Position numbers and translations under genes: made by a program. A stretch of 64,000 bases of DNA from Sedimentisphaeraceae bacterium JB056 (GTDB lineage: Bacteria; Planctomycetota; Phycisphaerae; Sedimentisphaerales; Sedimentisphaeraceae), in NCBI GenBank assembly GCA_044440125.1, contig JBITAJ010000028.1:128001-192000 (forward strand), read 5' to 3'. Positions 52,906 to 62,114 of the stretch are shown in pieces; within the stretch, counting starts at the first letter, position 1; every line of letters starts with the position of its first letter. A model generated the notes under the pieces. That model saw nothing but the letters and a program-made list of their open reading frames with translations. It made no database searches and was not told the origin of the DNA.

Positions 52906-54339
52906 ATGCGAAAAGCTAAAAAATCCACATTCGCCTTACTGCTTGGCAACAGGGGCTTTTTCCCAGCCGAGCTTATAACACAGGCCCGCAAAGAATTGAT
53001 AAACAAACTTGAATCACTGGGTCATAAAGTAATAATGCCCGATGAGAATACAACGCGGCACGGAGCCGTATCCGATAATAACGATGCACGCGTCTATGCC
53101 GAATTTCTGGAGGAAAACAAGGATAAATATGACGGCATAATAATCTCTCTGCCGAATTTTGGTGATGAATCGTCAGCGATAAACGCCGTAAAATCGATAG
53201 AGAAACCAATTCTTATACACGCCTATCCCGATGATCTGGATAAAATGTCGCCCGAATATCGAAGGGATTCCTTTTGCGGAAAATTTTCGGTTATGGATGT
53301 GTTTTATCAGTACGGTAGAAAATTCACCGCCCTGAAACCTCACGTAGCAAACCCCAATAGCAGTGAATTCACAAAAAACATCCGCCACTTTGATATAGTG
53401 TGCAGGATAGTGGGAGGATTTGAGAATATGGTGGTCGGAGCCATAGGCGCACGTACTTCAGCCTTTAAGACGGTACGTGTGGATGAGCTGGCACTCCAGC
53501 AAAACGGCATAACAATGGAGGTAATGGATCTGAGCGAAATTTTTAAACGCATGGATGATATTAATCCTTCCGCCGACATCTATAAAGCAAAGTCGCAATC
53601 GCTCAAGGCCTATACCAACTGGGGCCAGACACCCGATGCTTCCTATGACAAGCTGGTACGGCTCGGCGTTATCCTCGATTCTATCTTTGATGAGATAAAC
53701 CTTGATGCCATGGCCCTCCGCTGCTGGATAGAACTGCAAAGACAGCTCAATGTCTCGGCATGCGTGTTGCTCAGCGAGATGAACGACAGAAAGCTGCCGG
53801 TAGCCTGTGAGGTCGATGTGGCCAATGCGATTTCTATGTATGCACTATACCTTGCAACCGACTCGCCAACCGCCTGTCTCGACTGGAACAACAACTACGG
53901 CAGCGAACAGGACAAGTGCATCCTGTTCCACTGCGGCTCTACCGCCCAAAGCCTTATGACATCAAAAGGCGAAGTAGTCGATCACTCTATGCTGCAGCAT
54001 GATCCGCAGGTGGGTCCCAACTGCTCTTTCGGCTGTAACGAAGGACGCATAAAGGCGTTCCCGTTCGCATTCTCAAGCATGACTACCCGAAACGGAAAGC
54101 TCGATTTCTACCTTGGTGAAGGAGAGTTCACAAACGACCCGATACCTGCCGACTTCTTCGGCTGCGGAGGCGTGGCAAAAATTGATTCACTCGAAGACGT
54201 GCTGCTTTATGTCGGAAAAAACGGCCATCGTCATCATGTATCGGTCGCTCCGGGAAGCTCGATAGTCCCCGCTGTTTACGAGGCATTGAGCTATTATCTC
54301 GGGTTCGACGTATCGCTTCCTCAGAACATTAAGCTTTAA
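52906..54339 (+). CDS. L-fucose/L-arabinose isomerase-family protein
   Basis: NRGFFP, LPNFGDE, RRDSFCGK, ALRCW.E, ACEVD, FHCG, GHRHHV. Confidence 0.85.
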   Translation: MRKAKKSTFALLLGNRGFFPAELITQARKELINKLESLGHKVIMPDENTTRHGAVSDNNDARVYAEFLEENKDKYDGIIISLPNFGDESSAINAVKSIEKPILIHAYPDDLDKMSPEYRRDSFCGKFSVMDVFYQYGRKFTALKPHVANPNSSEFTKNIRHFDIVCRIVGGFENMVVGAIGARTSAFKTVRVDELALQQNGITMEVMDLSEIFKRMDDINPSADIYKAKSQSLKAYTNWGQTPDASYDKLVRLGVILDSIFDEINLDAMALRCWIELQRQLNVSACVLLSEMNDRKLPVACEVDVANAISMYALYLATDSPTACLDWNNNYGSEQDKCILFHCGSTAQSLMTSKGEVVDHSMLQHDPQVGPNCSFGCNEGRIKAFPFAFSSMTTRNGKLDFYLGEGEFTNDPIPADFFGCGGVAKIDSLEDVLLYVGKNGHRHHVSVAPGSSIVPAVYEALSYYLGFDVSLPQNIKL

Positions 54340-54356
54340 ACGGAAAAGGAAAGATT

Positions 54357-55358
54357 ATGCCGTTGATATTGGATAGAAATGCAGTTAAGGATGTTTATGC
54401 AAAGGCCGCCGAAAAAAAGTGGGTCGTGCCGACATTCTGCAGTGAAAACCTCACGACTACCGAAGCGATTCTTGCAGCTTCACAGGAGTATGCCGACGAG
54501 ATCGGGCACAAGGACATACCGGTAAGCATCGCGATAACCAACCAGTACAGCCATCGCAGCCAGAGCGTCTATTACACGCATACCCGCAAATGGGATATTG
54601 GTTTGAGGCTGTTTATGGCCGATATTGACGTACTGACTTCTGATGCTTCGCCTTTTTCAAAGCTGAGCGTAATGACCCATCTTGACCATACGCAATGGGA
54701 CAGTGATGCAGAACTTCTGCAATGGGATATGAAACAGTTCTCGATGATAATGTTCGATGCATCGGCATTGCCGTTCGAAGACAATATTGCACGAACATCC
54801 CGTTTCGTGGAAGAGCACAGCAAAGAGATAGTAATCGAAGGCGCGTGCGATGAAATCGTTGATGCCACCGGCACTCAGAGAAGTGAACTGACCACACCGC
54901 AGCAGGCACAGAAATATCTTGACGCCACCGGGGCGGATTATATCGTAGCCAATCTTGGAACCGAACACCGTGCCAGTGCATCAGAGCTGAAATATCACGG
55001 CGATCTGGCAAGAGAGATCAAAGCATCAACCGGAACAAAACTCGTTCTTCATGGCACATCTTCAGTTACCTCCGATCAGGTAAAAGACCTCTTCAATGAC
55101 GGAATAGCAAAGGTCAACATCTGGACAATACTCGAAAGAGATTCTTCTCCCATACTTTTTTCCGACATGGTCAATAATGCTTCAAAAGTCGCAGGCGGAC
55201 AAACCGTAAGCAAGCTGCAAACGCAGGGAATGCTCGGCGAAAAGTGTGAGATAAGCAAAGCATCCCTCTCACACTACACGACAACTTACAGGCAGCAGAT
55301 AGTTTTCGATAAAATGAAACAGATAGTGAAGTCGTATCTGAAACTTTGGTATGTATAG
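54357..55358 (+). CDS. Class II (Zn) fructose/tagatose-bisphosphate aldolase-family protein
   Basis: HLDH, MFDAS, GTEH, LVLHGTS, KVNIWT. Confidence 0.85.
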   Translation: MPLILDRNAVKDVYAKAAEKKWVVPTFCSENLTTTEAILAASQEYADEIGHKDIPVSIAITNQYSHRSQSVYYTHTRKWDIGLRLFMADIDVLTSDASPFSKLSVMTHLDHTQWDSDAELLQWDMKQFSMIMFDASALPFEDNIARTSRFVEEHSKEIVIEGACDEIVDATGTQRSELTTPQQAQKYLDATGADYIVANLGTEHRASASELKYHGDLAREIKASTGTKLVLHGTSSVTSDQVKDLFNDGIAKVNIWTILERDSSPILFSDMVNNASKVAGGQTVSKLQTQGMLGEKCEISKASLSHYTTTYRQQIVFDKMKQIVKSYLKLWYV

Positions 55359-55366
55359 GTGAAATA

Positions 55367-56905
55367 ATGATCGGTTATATGGGCATTGATATAGGAACCA
55401 GCGGATGCAAGGCCGCGGTATTCGATGAAAACGGTAAACAGCTAAGCCTTGCTTACCGTGAATACGATCTGATAGTCCGCAATAAAGGCTGGGCCGAGCT
55501 TGATTCCGATAATGTGATAGAGAAATGCTTTGAAGTGATAAAAGAGGCCGCCGGCAATTGCGGGGCTGAAAAAATCGCAGGGCTTGGAATTTCAAGCCAG
55601 GGCGAGGCATTCACCCCGATAGATAAAGACGGCCGAGCACTTTACAACGCAATCGTTTCATCGGATTCCAGGGCCGCAGAATACGTACATTCATGGCCAA
55701 AGCAATTCGGAAAAGAAAAACTCTACAGGATAACGGGGCATACCTCGCATTCTCTCTTTTCATTGTTCAAATTACTATGGCTGAGAGATAACGAACCGGA
55801 GATATTCAACAGCGCGGACAAATTTTTATGCTTCGAAGACTTGCTTCAATATCGCCTCGGCCTCGAACCGGCGATGGGCTATCCGATGGCAGGCCGCACC
55901 ATGCTTTTCGACGTAACCGGTCACTGCTGGAGCACCGAAATACTCGAAAGCATCGGACTCGATAAATCAAAATTCGCAAACCCGATGCCTTCGGGAAGTC
56001 TTGCGGGCAATGTATCGGGGAAAGTTGCAAAGAAAATCGGTTTATCTGAAGGCACTTTCGTTTTGACAGGCGGCCACGACCAGCCCTGCTGCGCTCTTGG
56101 AGCCGGCGCGATCACTCCGGGCAAAGCGGTCTATTCGATCGGTACGGTTGAATGCATAACGCCAGCTTTCGATAGCCCCGTATTTTCAGATGAACTCCGC
56201 AAAAACAATCTGTGTACTTACGACCATGCCGTGAAAGGTACTTACGCAACCGTTGCCTACAGCATCACCGGGGCAAACATGTTCAAATGGTGTCGTGATG
56301 AATTAGGGCAGCCGGAGATCGAAGAAGCCCGTAATAAAAATATAAACGCTTACGAACTTATACTCGAGCATCTCGATGAAGAGCCGACAGACCTGCTTGC
56401 TCTGCCGTACTTCACACCAAGCGGCACACCTTATTTCGAAACCGATATCAAGGGCATGATATACGGCCTGACCCTCTCAACAAAACGCACTGAGATTATA
56501 AAGGCAATGCTTGAAGCCGTTACTATGGAAATAAAGCTTAATCTCGATATCCTGAAAAATTCAGGCTGTGAGGTTAATGAATTAAGGGCCATAGGCGGCG
56601 GAGCAAAATCCTCCAAATGGGTGCAGCTCAAGGCCGACATTCTCGGCCTGCCGATATCGATACTCGATGTCAAAGAAGCCGGCTGTTTTGGAATGGCAAT
56701 GCTCGCTTGCAGTTATGATAGAAAAATCCCAGTTGCCGACATCGCCAACCGCTGGGTAACGGTAGTCAGCAAAAAGCATCCACGCCCGCAATTCAGCGAA
56801 ATATACGAGCAGAAGTTCCGCCAGTATAAAAAACTTTATCCTATGCTGAAAGAATCGCAATTTCTCTATAGAGACTTGGAAACGTCTTCTTCAAGTCCAA
56901 GATAG
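55367..56905 (+). CDS. FGGY-family carbohydrate kinase (xylulokinase-like)
   Basis: GIDIGTSGCK, SSQGE, DSRA, GGHDQ, GTVE, IGGGAKS. Confidence 0.92.
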   Translation: MIGYMGIDIGTSGCKAAVFDENGKQLSLAYREYDLIVRNKGWAELDSDNVIEKCFEVIKEAAGNCGAEKIAGLGISSQGEAFTPIDKDGRALYNAIVSSDSRAAEYVHSWPKQFGKEKLYRITGHTSHSLFSLFKLLWLRDNEPEIFNSADKFLCFEDLLQYRLGLEPAMGYPMAGRTMLFDVTGHCWSTEILESIGLDKSKFANPMPSGSLAGNVSGKVAKKIGLSEGTFVLTGGHDQPCCALGAGAITPGKAVYSIGTVECITPAFDSPVFSDELRKNNLCTYDHAVKGTYATVAYSITGANMFKWCRDELGQPEIEEARNKNINAYELILEHLDEEPTDLLALPYFTPSGTPYFETDIKGMIYGLTLSTKRTEIIKAMLEAVTMEIKLNLDILKNSGCEVNELRAIGGGAKSSKWVQLKADILGLPISILDVKEAGCFGMAMLACSYDRKIPVADIANRWVTVVSKKHPRPQFSEIYEQKFRQYKKLYPMLKESQFLYRDLETSSSSPR

Positions 56906-57789
56906 AGTTCAATAAGTTCATGGCTTATTCTCTCACTATACTCATCCCACCATGGCGGAGACATACGCATATTGGAGTTGGCAAAAATGCCTTTCTTAAC
57001 CAGCAGACGCTTAAAGAAAGCAACAGAGTTGGCAAGCTCCTGATTAGTGAATGCAAGAATAGGAAGCATCTTTCTAAACAGCACTGTCGCATCTTCACGC
57101 CGTTCCGCATCATAGAGTTTCTGCACATGTTTATATATCCGCACCATTGAGCTTTCGGGAATCATAGCATCAACACCCCTGTCAAGTGCCTCAATAAACT
57201 GCGGCACAGCCCAACCTCCCGCAATAAAGAAATTATCTCCAAACTCTTCCCGAACCGCAGTGTATTTTGGTCCGGCAGGCGCAGTCTCTATTTTAAGACC
57301 GGCAAGATTAGGAAGCATCTCTTTCAAACGCAGAATAGTCGGCATATCCATACCCGGGCCATTGATTTCAAAATCCTGAATAATAAGCGGAATTTCTAAA
57401 TCGGCAAAATTTTCAAAGAATACCGGTATTTCATCCGGATCTTTATACATTTCAAAAGGTACTGCCACAAGCACCGCATCAGCACCAGAGGAGATTGACC
57501 ACTCTGCTATTTTACGGCAATTATCAATATCACTATCCGATGCTCCGGCTATAAAAGCTGCCCTGCCCTTGCTTTTAGACGCAACATGACTAATAACGTC
57601 TTTTCGTTCATCTACTGTCAGAAAAGCAACTTCGCTTGCAACAACAGGAGCAAGGAAGCCATCAACTCCCCCATCTACAGCATCTTCAATTAGTCTGTCA
57701 AGTGAGTTGATATCAATATTCCCTGAATCATCGAAAGGCATCTGTAAAACAGAAACTATGCCGCGAATATACAATGTTCTCATACTCAT
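56866..57789 (-). CDS. DapA/NAL-family enzyme, L-KDA dehydratase-like motif set
   Basis: PFDDSGNID, PVVASEVAFLTVDER, IIQD, GLKIET (Schiff-base Lys). Confidence 0.85.
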   Translation of the reverse strand: MSMRTLYIRGIVSVLQMPFDDSGNIDINSLDRLIEDAVDGGVDGFLAPVVASEVAFLTVDERKDVISHVASKSKGRAAFIAGASDSDIDNCRKIAEWSISSGADAVLVAVPFEMYKDPDEIPVFFENFADLEIPLIIQDFEINGPGMDMPTILRLKEMLPNLAGLKIETAPAGPKYTAVREEFGDNFFIAGGWAVPQFIEALDRGVDAMIPESSMVRIYKHVQKLYDAERREDATVLFRKMLPILAFTNQELANSVAFFKRLLVKKGIFANSNMRMSPPWWDEYSERISHELIELYLGLEEDVSKSL

Positions 57790-57796
57790 ATTAGTC

Positions 57797-59362
57797 TTAC
57801 TTCTCTGGTTTAGACATTGTCCAAATCGTGAGGTTGTCAAGTGCCGGTGCTGTTTTCTTACGTCCGAGTATCCCCGCAGCTATCATACTTACGACAAACA
57901 TTACGACATTGCCTATAATAGCTGTATAGTAAAGATCGAAACCTGGCATAGGAACTAATTCTCTTTGTCCCAATACAGCATAAATAGTGAAAGCAAGCGT
58001 AAAGCCGATACCTATGCCGACAGCTCTTGAATCACCCCATTTGGTGAAGAAGCCGAAGAAAAACAAGCCAAGCAGACCACTGCTGAGAATACCGCCCAAA
58101 ATCAGGCTGGTATCCTGAATTGTCTTGGTATTCGAATAGGCCAGCAAAGTTCCCAGTACAATCATAACCACCGCGGCAATGGCGCATACCAAACGTGAAA
58201 CATAGAGATAATGACGTTCATCTTTATCTTTGCAAATTCGACTTCGATACATATCAGTGACAAAGACTGCCGAAATTGCATTCATAGAAGAGTCGAGCGA
58301 TGACATCGCAGCCGCTACCGTTGCCGCTATCACAAGGCCGCAAAGCCCGGGCGGCATATAATTCATAACAAAGTAAGGGAGAATACCTTCTGGTTTCTGA
58401 ACGCCGCTGAGCATTTCCGTTGCAGGAGTTGTCGGGTTGAGTTTAAAGAATACATAAAATGCAGTCCCAAGGAACATAAAGAATGCCCAGATAGGAAGAC
58501 GGGCACAAATACTCCACCAGATAGCCTTACGGGCTTCACTGTCGCTTGCCGCTCCGCAATAACGCTGCACAACATTCTGATCAGTAGCAAACTCCTGCAT
58601 CCAGGAAACAAGTCCAAGCAAGAGCATCATAAGCCCGGTTTTTTTAGATAAGGCCCAGCCCCACGAAACAGGAATCATTTTATCACCCTGTTTTTCTGCA
58701 AAAGCAAGTTTACCGTCTTTTACCGCTGTATCGATTATTTCGCCAATACCGCCGGGAATATTTCTCAAAACAATCCAAAATACAATAATTCCACCTAATA
58801 CGAGCACTATCGTCTGGATAACATCTGTCCATACAACTGCGTCTATACCGCCGGCAATAGTGTATACCGATACCACTATTCCGGAAACGATAAGGCATAA
58901 CCACAAGGGCCAGCCGACCATGGTATTGAGCAGTTTTCCGACAAGGAAAAGTACTATTCCGAGCCTTAAGAACTGGCCGATTATATAGGCTATACTGCCG
59001 TAAATACGTATGCCCTCGCCAAAACGCTGACCAAGATACTGATAAGCACTGGTCTTGCGACCGGTTCTGTAGAATGGGATAAACACATAAACCGCCAAGA
59101 TACCGGCAATAGGCATTAAAAAATTCGGGATCATTCTGAGCCATGCAGTACAATAAGCGTCTGCCGGATATGCAAGGAATGAGACGGAACTAATCGATGT
59201 TCCCACAAGACTAAGCCCTACAACCCAGCCCTTGAAACGCCTGCCGCCTACAAAATACTCTTCTGTATCTGTATTCTTCTTAGAAAACGAAAAACCAAGC
59301 CAAGCCATAGCAACAAAATAAACAACGATAACAACCCAGTCAAGCAAATGTAATGTAGTCAT
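57797..59362 (-). CDS. Sodium:solute symporter
   Basis: EYFVGGR, SAYQYLGQRF, GGIDAVVWTD, DQNVVQRY, MSSLDSSMN. Confidence 0.93.
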   Translation of the reverse strand: MTTLHLLDWVVIVVYFVAMAWLGFSFSKKNTDTEEYFVGGRRFKGWVVGLSLVGTSISSVSFLAYPADAYCTAWLRMIPNFLMPIAGILAVYVFIPFYRTGRKTSAYQYLGQRFGEGIRIYGSIAYIIGQFLRLGIVLFLVGKLLNTMVGWPLWLCLIVSGIVVSVYTIAGGIDAVVWTDVIQTIVLVLGGIIVFWIVLRNIPGGIGEIIDTAVKDGKLAFAEKQGDKMIPVSWGWALSKKTGLMMLLLGLVSWMQEFATDQNVVQRYCGAASDSEARKAIWWSICARLPIWAFFMFLGTAFYVFFKLNPTTPATEMLSGVQKPEGILPYFVMNYMPPGLCGLVIAATVAAAMSSLDSSMNAISAVFVTDMYRSRICKDKDERHYLYVSRLVCAIAAVVMIVLGTLLAYSNTKTIQDTSLILGGILSSGLLGLFFFGFFTKWGDSRAVGIGIGFTLAFTIYAVLGQRELVPMPGFDLYYTAIIGNVVMFVVSMIAAGILGRKKTAPALDNLTIWTMSKPEK

Positions 59363-59420
59363 AATTCACACTTTATATTAGAGTATTAAACTTAAAATAA
59401 AATTAATGACACCAACAAAA

Positions 59421-59500
59421 ATCAAAAAGCTTCAGCATCACCCTTAATATCTGCTCAAAATCAACGATTTTCAGCAACGAGATCAAGTTTTGTCAGTATC
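59421..59500. promoter_or_regulatory. Three copies of ATCAA-N6-TCAGYAWC upstream of the SSS-dapA unit
   Basis: Copies at 59421, 59460 and 59482. Confidence 0.55.
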
Positions 59501-59608
59501 GCCAAAAATGTATGATACTCGAAAACAACCAAAACAAAACGCCAGAAAGGGAAGTAAAACCGCCATTTTCGGTTTTAATCATTACTCGGCCATTGGCCTT
59601 CGATACAA

Positions 59609-62038
59609 TTAGTCTGCTATCAATTTCTCAATCGTTGGCTGCATGGCTTTGGCCCAAAGCTGATAACCCTTTTGCTGTGGGTGCAACAGATCAGGCATCA
59701 CATCTCTGGTCAAAACTCCATCTGAATTAAGGAAGCTTTCATTTATATTAAGAAAATAAACCGCTTTGTCATCAGAAAATTTTGAAATTATGCTGTTAAC
59801 CTTCTCGTTCTTGTTCCAATACTTATTCGGTGTGGCGTTGCTGTCTTTATCTCTTCGCTGCTCATAGTCACCACGCGGGAATATAGCAAGCAGAAGTATT
59901 TTTGTTTCAGGAAGTTTTTCTTTTATGCGTGAGATTATAGTCTTTATACCTTCAGCAATATCTTCAGGCGACTGTTCTTCATAATTAGTATTGTTCGTTC
60001 CAATCATCAGAACCGCAAGCTTAGGATTTATATTATCGATTTCTCCATTATCTATCCTCCATAGCACATGTTGCGTCTGATCTCCGCCATATCCCAAATT
60101 AGCAGCGTTATATTGACCGTAATATTTTCCCCATGTCTCAGTGCCGTATTTTTCCCACCAATGCGTAATTGAATCGCCGATAAAAATAAGCTGGGGATTC
60201 AGCTGTTTATTGAGTTCAATTTTTTCCTGGAGACGAGGACGCCACCAGCTTGCATCACTTCTGGGTACCGGTATGACTGATTCCGGCTTACCTTCATCTT
60301 CCGCTGCAAGTTTAGCTGGATCAACTTTTGCCCATTTAGCCCTAAGCCTGTTCCAGGTATAAGTTATATGGACCATACCGTCATCGGCCTGTATTATCGC
60401 AGGATAAGAATACTCACCCGGCTCATCCTCAAGAACAAGAACCTGTTTCCAATTTATTCCATCATCACTTATGGCAAGATTTAGCGGCGAACGCGGTCCG
60501 CCCCATCTGCCTTCAGGAGTTACTACATGATTGTATATAAGGAGATGCCTGCCGTCTTTAAGAGTAACACCATCAAGACCGGAATTGTTACTTGGAAGTT
60601 CGGTAAGTGAAAACGGTGTCCACGACTTGCCGTTATCATAAGAGAACGACTGAACGAGTTTTTTCTCTCGCATCGTACGGAATATTGTTTGAAGTTTACC
60701 ATTACCATGACGTAAGAATGCGCCCTGAATGATACCTTCATAATTCTCCGGATTCTCTATTTCCAGAATGCTTTCAAGATCATAGGTGTCTGAATATTTT
60801 CCAATATATGGGCCTGTGGTACTTAATATTGAACCGTCCTCAAGCTCAATCGGCTTATTTTTCCCCGGTCCGATATACCCTGGCTTATAATATCTCGGCT
60901 GCGACCAAGTCTCTCCATCATCATCAGAAGTTATAAGCCTTGCTTCCATGTGTTCAAGCCAGCCCTCTTTATAGAAAAGCAGTAATTCACCATTTGACAG
61001 TTTAATCAATGCGGGATTGAACATTGATATATGCGACACTTTATTATAAACCGGCGATTGATCTAAACAACGAGGCTTCGACCATTGTTTGCCATTATAC
61101 TTAGAAAACCATATCCCTACATCAGTATGACCTTCATGAGTTCCACCGAACCATGCCGAAGCAATTTTACCATTACCAAGATCAACTACTGTTGACGCAT
61201 GGCATTCGGGTGTCGGAGGAGTTTCGTATATAAAACGGCTTTCAAGCAGCGCCGGCTGTTTGAGCAGATGCCTGCCGGTTGGAATAACTTCAACAGGATC
61301 AAGCTTGCCGCTGACGTTCAGAAGTTCAGGTCTGCTGTGAGAAATTGCGACATTCTTTATAGCACCAGAGAAGAACTGCCCGTAATTATTTTCGCCTCGA
61401 TAAAGTCCTCCTATCGACAGGGGCGAGTTAGTATTGCTAAGATGTATAGAATGAATTCCACCACCCCACGCAACATAGCCGTCTACATGAACCTGCATAT
61501 TATAAACTTCATACATGCCATCCCAGACAGCTACTATATGATGCCACTTCCCGGCTTCGATTTTATTTTTGGAAACAACTCTTCCAAGCTTACCCTTACG
61601 GCTGCTGACTGAAAAGCCAACCCTTCCATCTTTCATCATCCAAAGTTCATACCCGATATCAGTAGCGCCGTCAGTTTTACGAACAAGCTGTGCCTGTTTT
61701 AACACGTCAGGTTTAACATCAATTTCTATGACCAATGAATCAAAACCGTCACCATCATTATCATGGCCTGTAAGAATATCATTATCATCAACTATAAGAA
61801 AAGAATCATTTTTATCTTTCTCATCTTCACTGTTGTTAAAATATAAAACATTGCCTTCCTGCTTTATATTAACATCGCCCGGCAACCCGCGGGAAATTGC
61901 TTTTGCTTCAAATGAATTGACCGAATCCTTTACAATACTGTCATCGAATTCTGAAAAATCCCATTTTGCAACGTCTTTGGCAAAAAGTAAACAGCAAGTA
62001 AAAAATATTACAGTTAAGGATAATGATATTCTTCTCAT
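59609..62038 (-). CDS. Secreted fusion: LamG + BNR/sialidase-fold + SGNH/GDSL esterase
   Basis: Signal peptide; LamG (GKWHHIVAVWDG); ECHAST..WFGGTHEG, SDDDGETW, SYDNGKSW, SDDGINW, EYSYPAII; SGNH motifs FIGDSIT, G, GTNN, DLLHP. Confidence 0.9.
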   Translation of the reverse strand: MRRISLSLTVIFFTCCLLFAKDVAKWDFSEFDDSIVKDSVNSFEAKAISRGLPGDVNIKQEGNVLYFNNSEDEKDKNDSFLIVDDNDILTGHDNDGDGFDSLVIEIDVKPDVLKQAQLVRKTDGATDIGYELWMMKDGRVGFSVSSRKGKLGRVVSKNKIEAGKWHHIVAVWDGMYEVYNMQVHVDGYVAWGGGIHSIHLSNTNSPLSIGGLYRGENNYGQFFSGAIKNVAISHSRPELLNVSGKLDPVEVIPTGRHLLKQPALLESRFIYETPPTPECHASTVVDLGNGKIASAWFGGTHEGHTDVGIWFSKYNGKQWSKPRCLDQSPVYNKVSHISMFNPALIKLSNGELLLFYKEGWLEHMEARLITSDDDGETWSQPRYYKPGYIGPGKNKPIELEDGSILSTTGPYIGKYSDTYDLESILEIENPENYEGIIQGAFLRHGNGKLQTIFRTMREKKLVQSFSYDNGKSWTPFSLTELPSNNSGLDGVTLKDGRHLLIYNHVVTPEGRWGGPRSPLNLAISDDGINWKQVLVLEDEPGEYSYPAIIQADDGMVHITYTWNRLRAKWAKVDPAKLAAEDEGKPESVIPVPRSDASWWRPRLQEKIELNKQLNPQLIFIGDSITHWWEKYGTETWGKYYGQYNAANLGYGGDQTQHVLWRIDNGEIDNINPKLAVLMIGTNNTNYEEQSPEDIAEGIKTIISRIKEKLPETKILLLAIFPRGDYEQRRDKDSNATPNKYWNKNEKVNSIISKFSDDKAVYFLNINESFLNSDGVLTRDVMPDLLHPQQKGYQLWAKAMQPTIEKLIAD

Positions 62039-62063
62039 ATTACTTTCTCAATTATAAATGTGT

Positions 62064-62094
62064 AAAAAAAGAGGCGCAGGAATCCCTGCGCCTC
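62064..62094 (-). terminator. Terminator after the 62115-63812 gene
   Basis: Minus strand GAGGCGCAGG-GATT-CCTGCGCCTC followed by TTTTTTT. Confidence 0.8.
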
Positions 62095-62114
62095 GAATTA
62101 GAATCTTACGTTCA

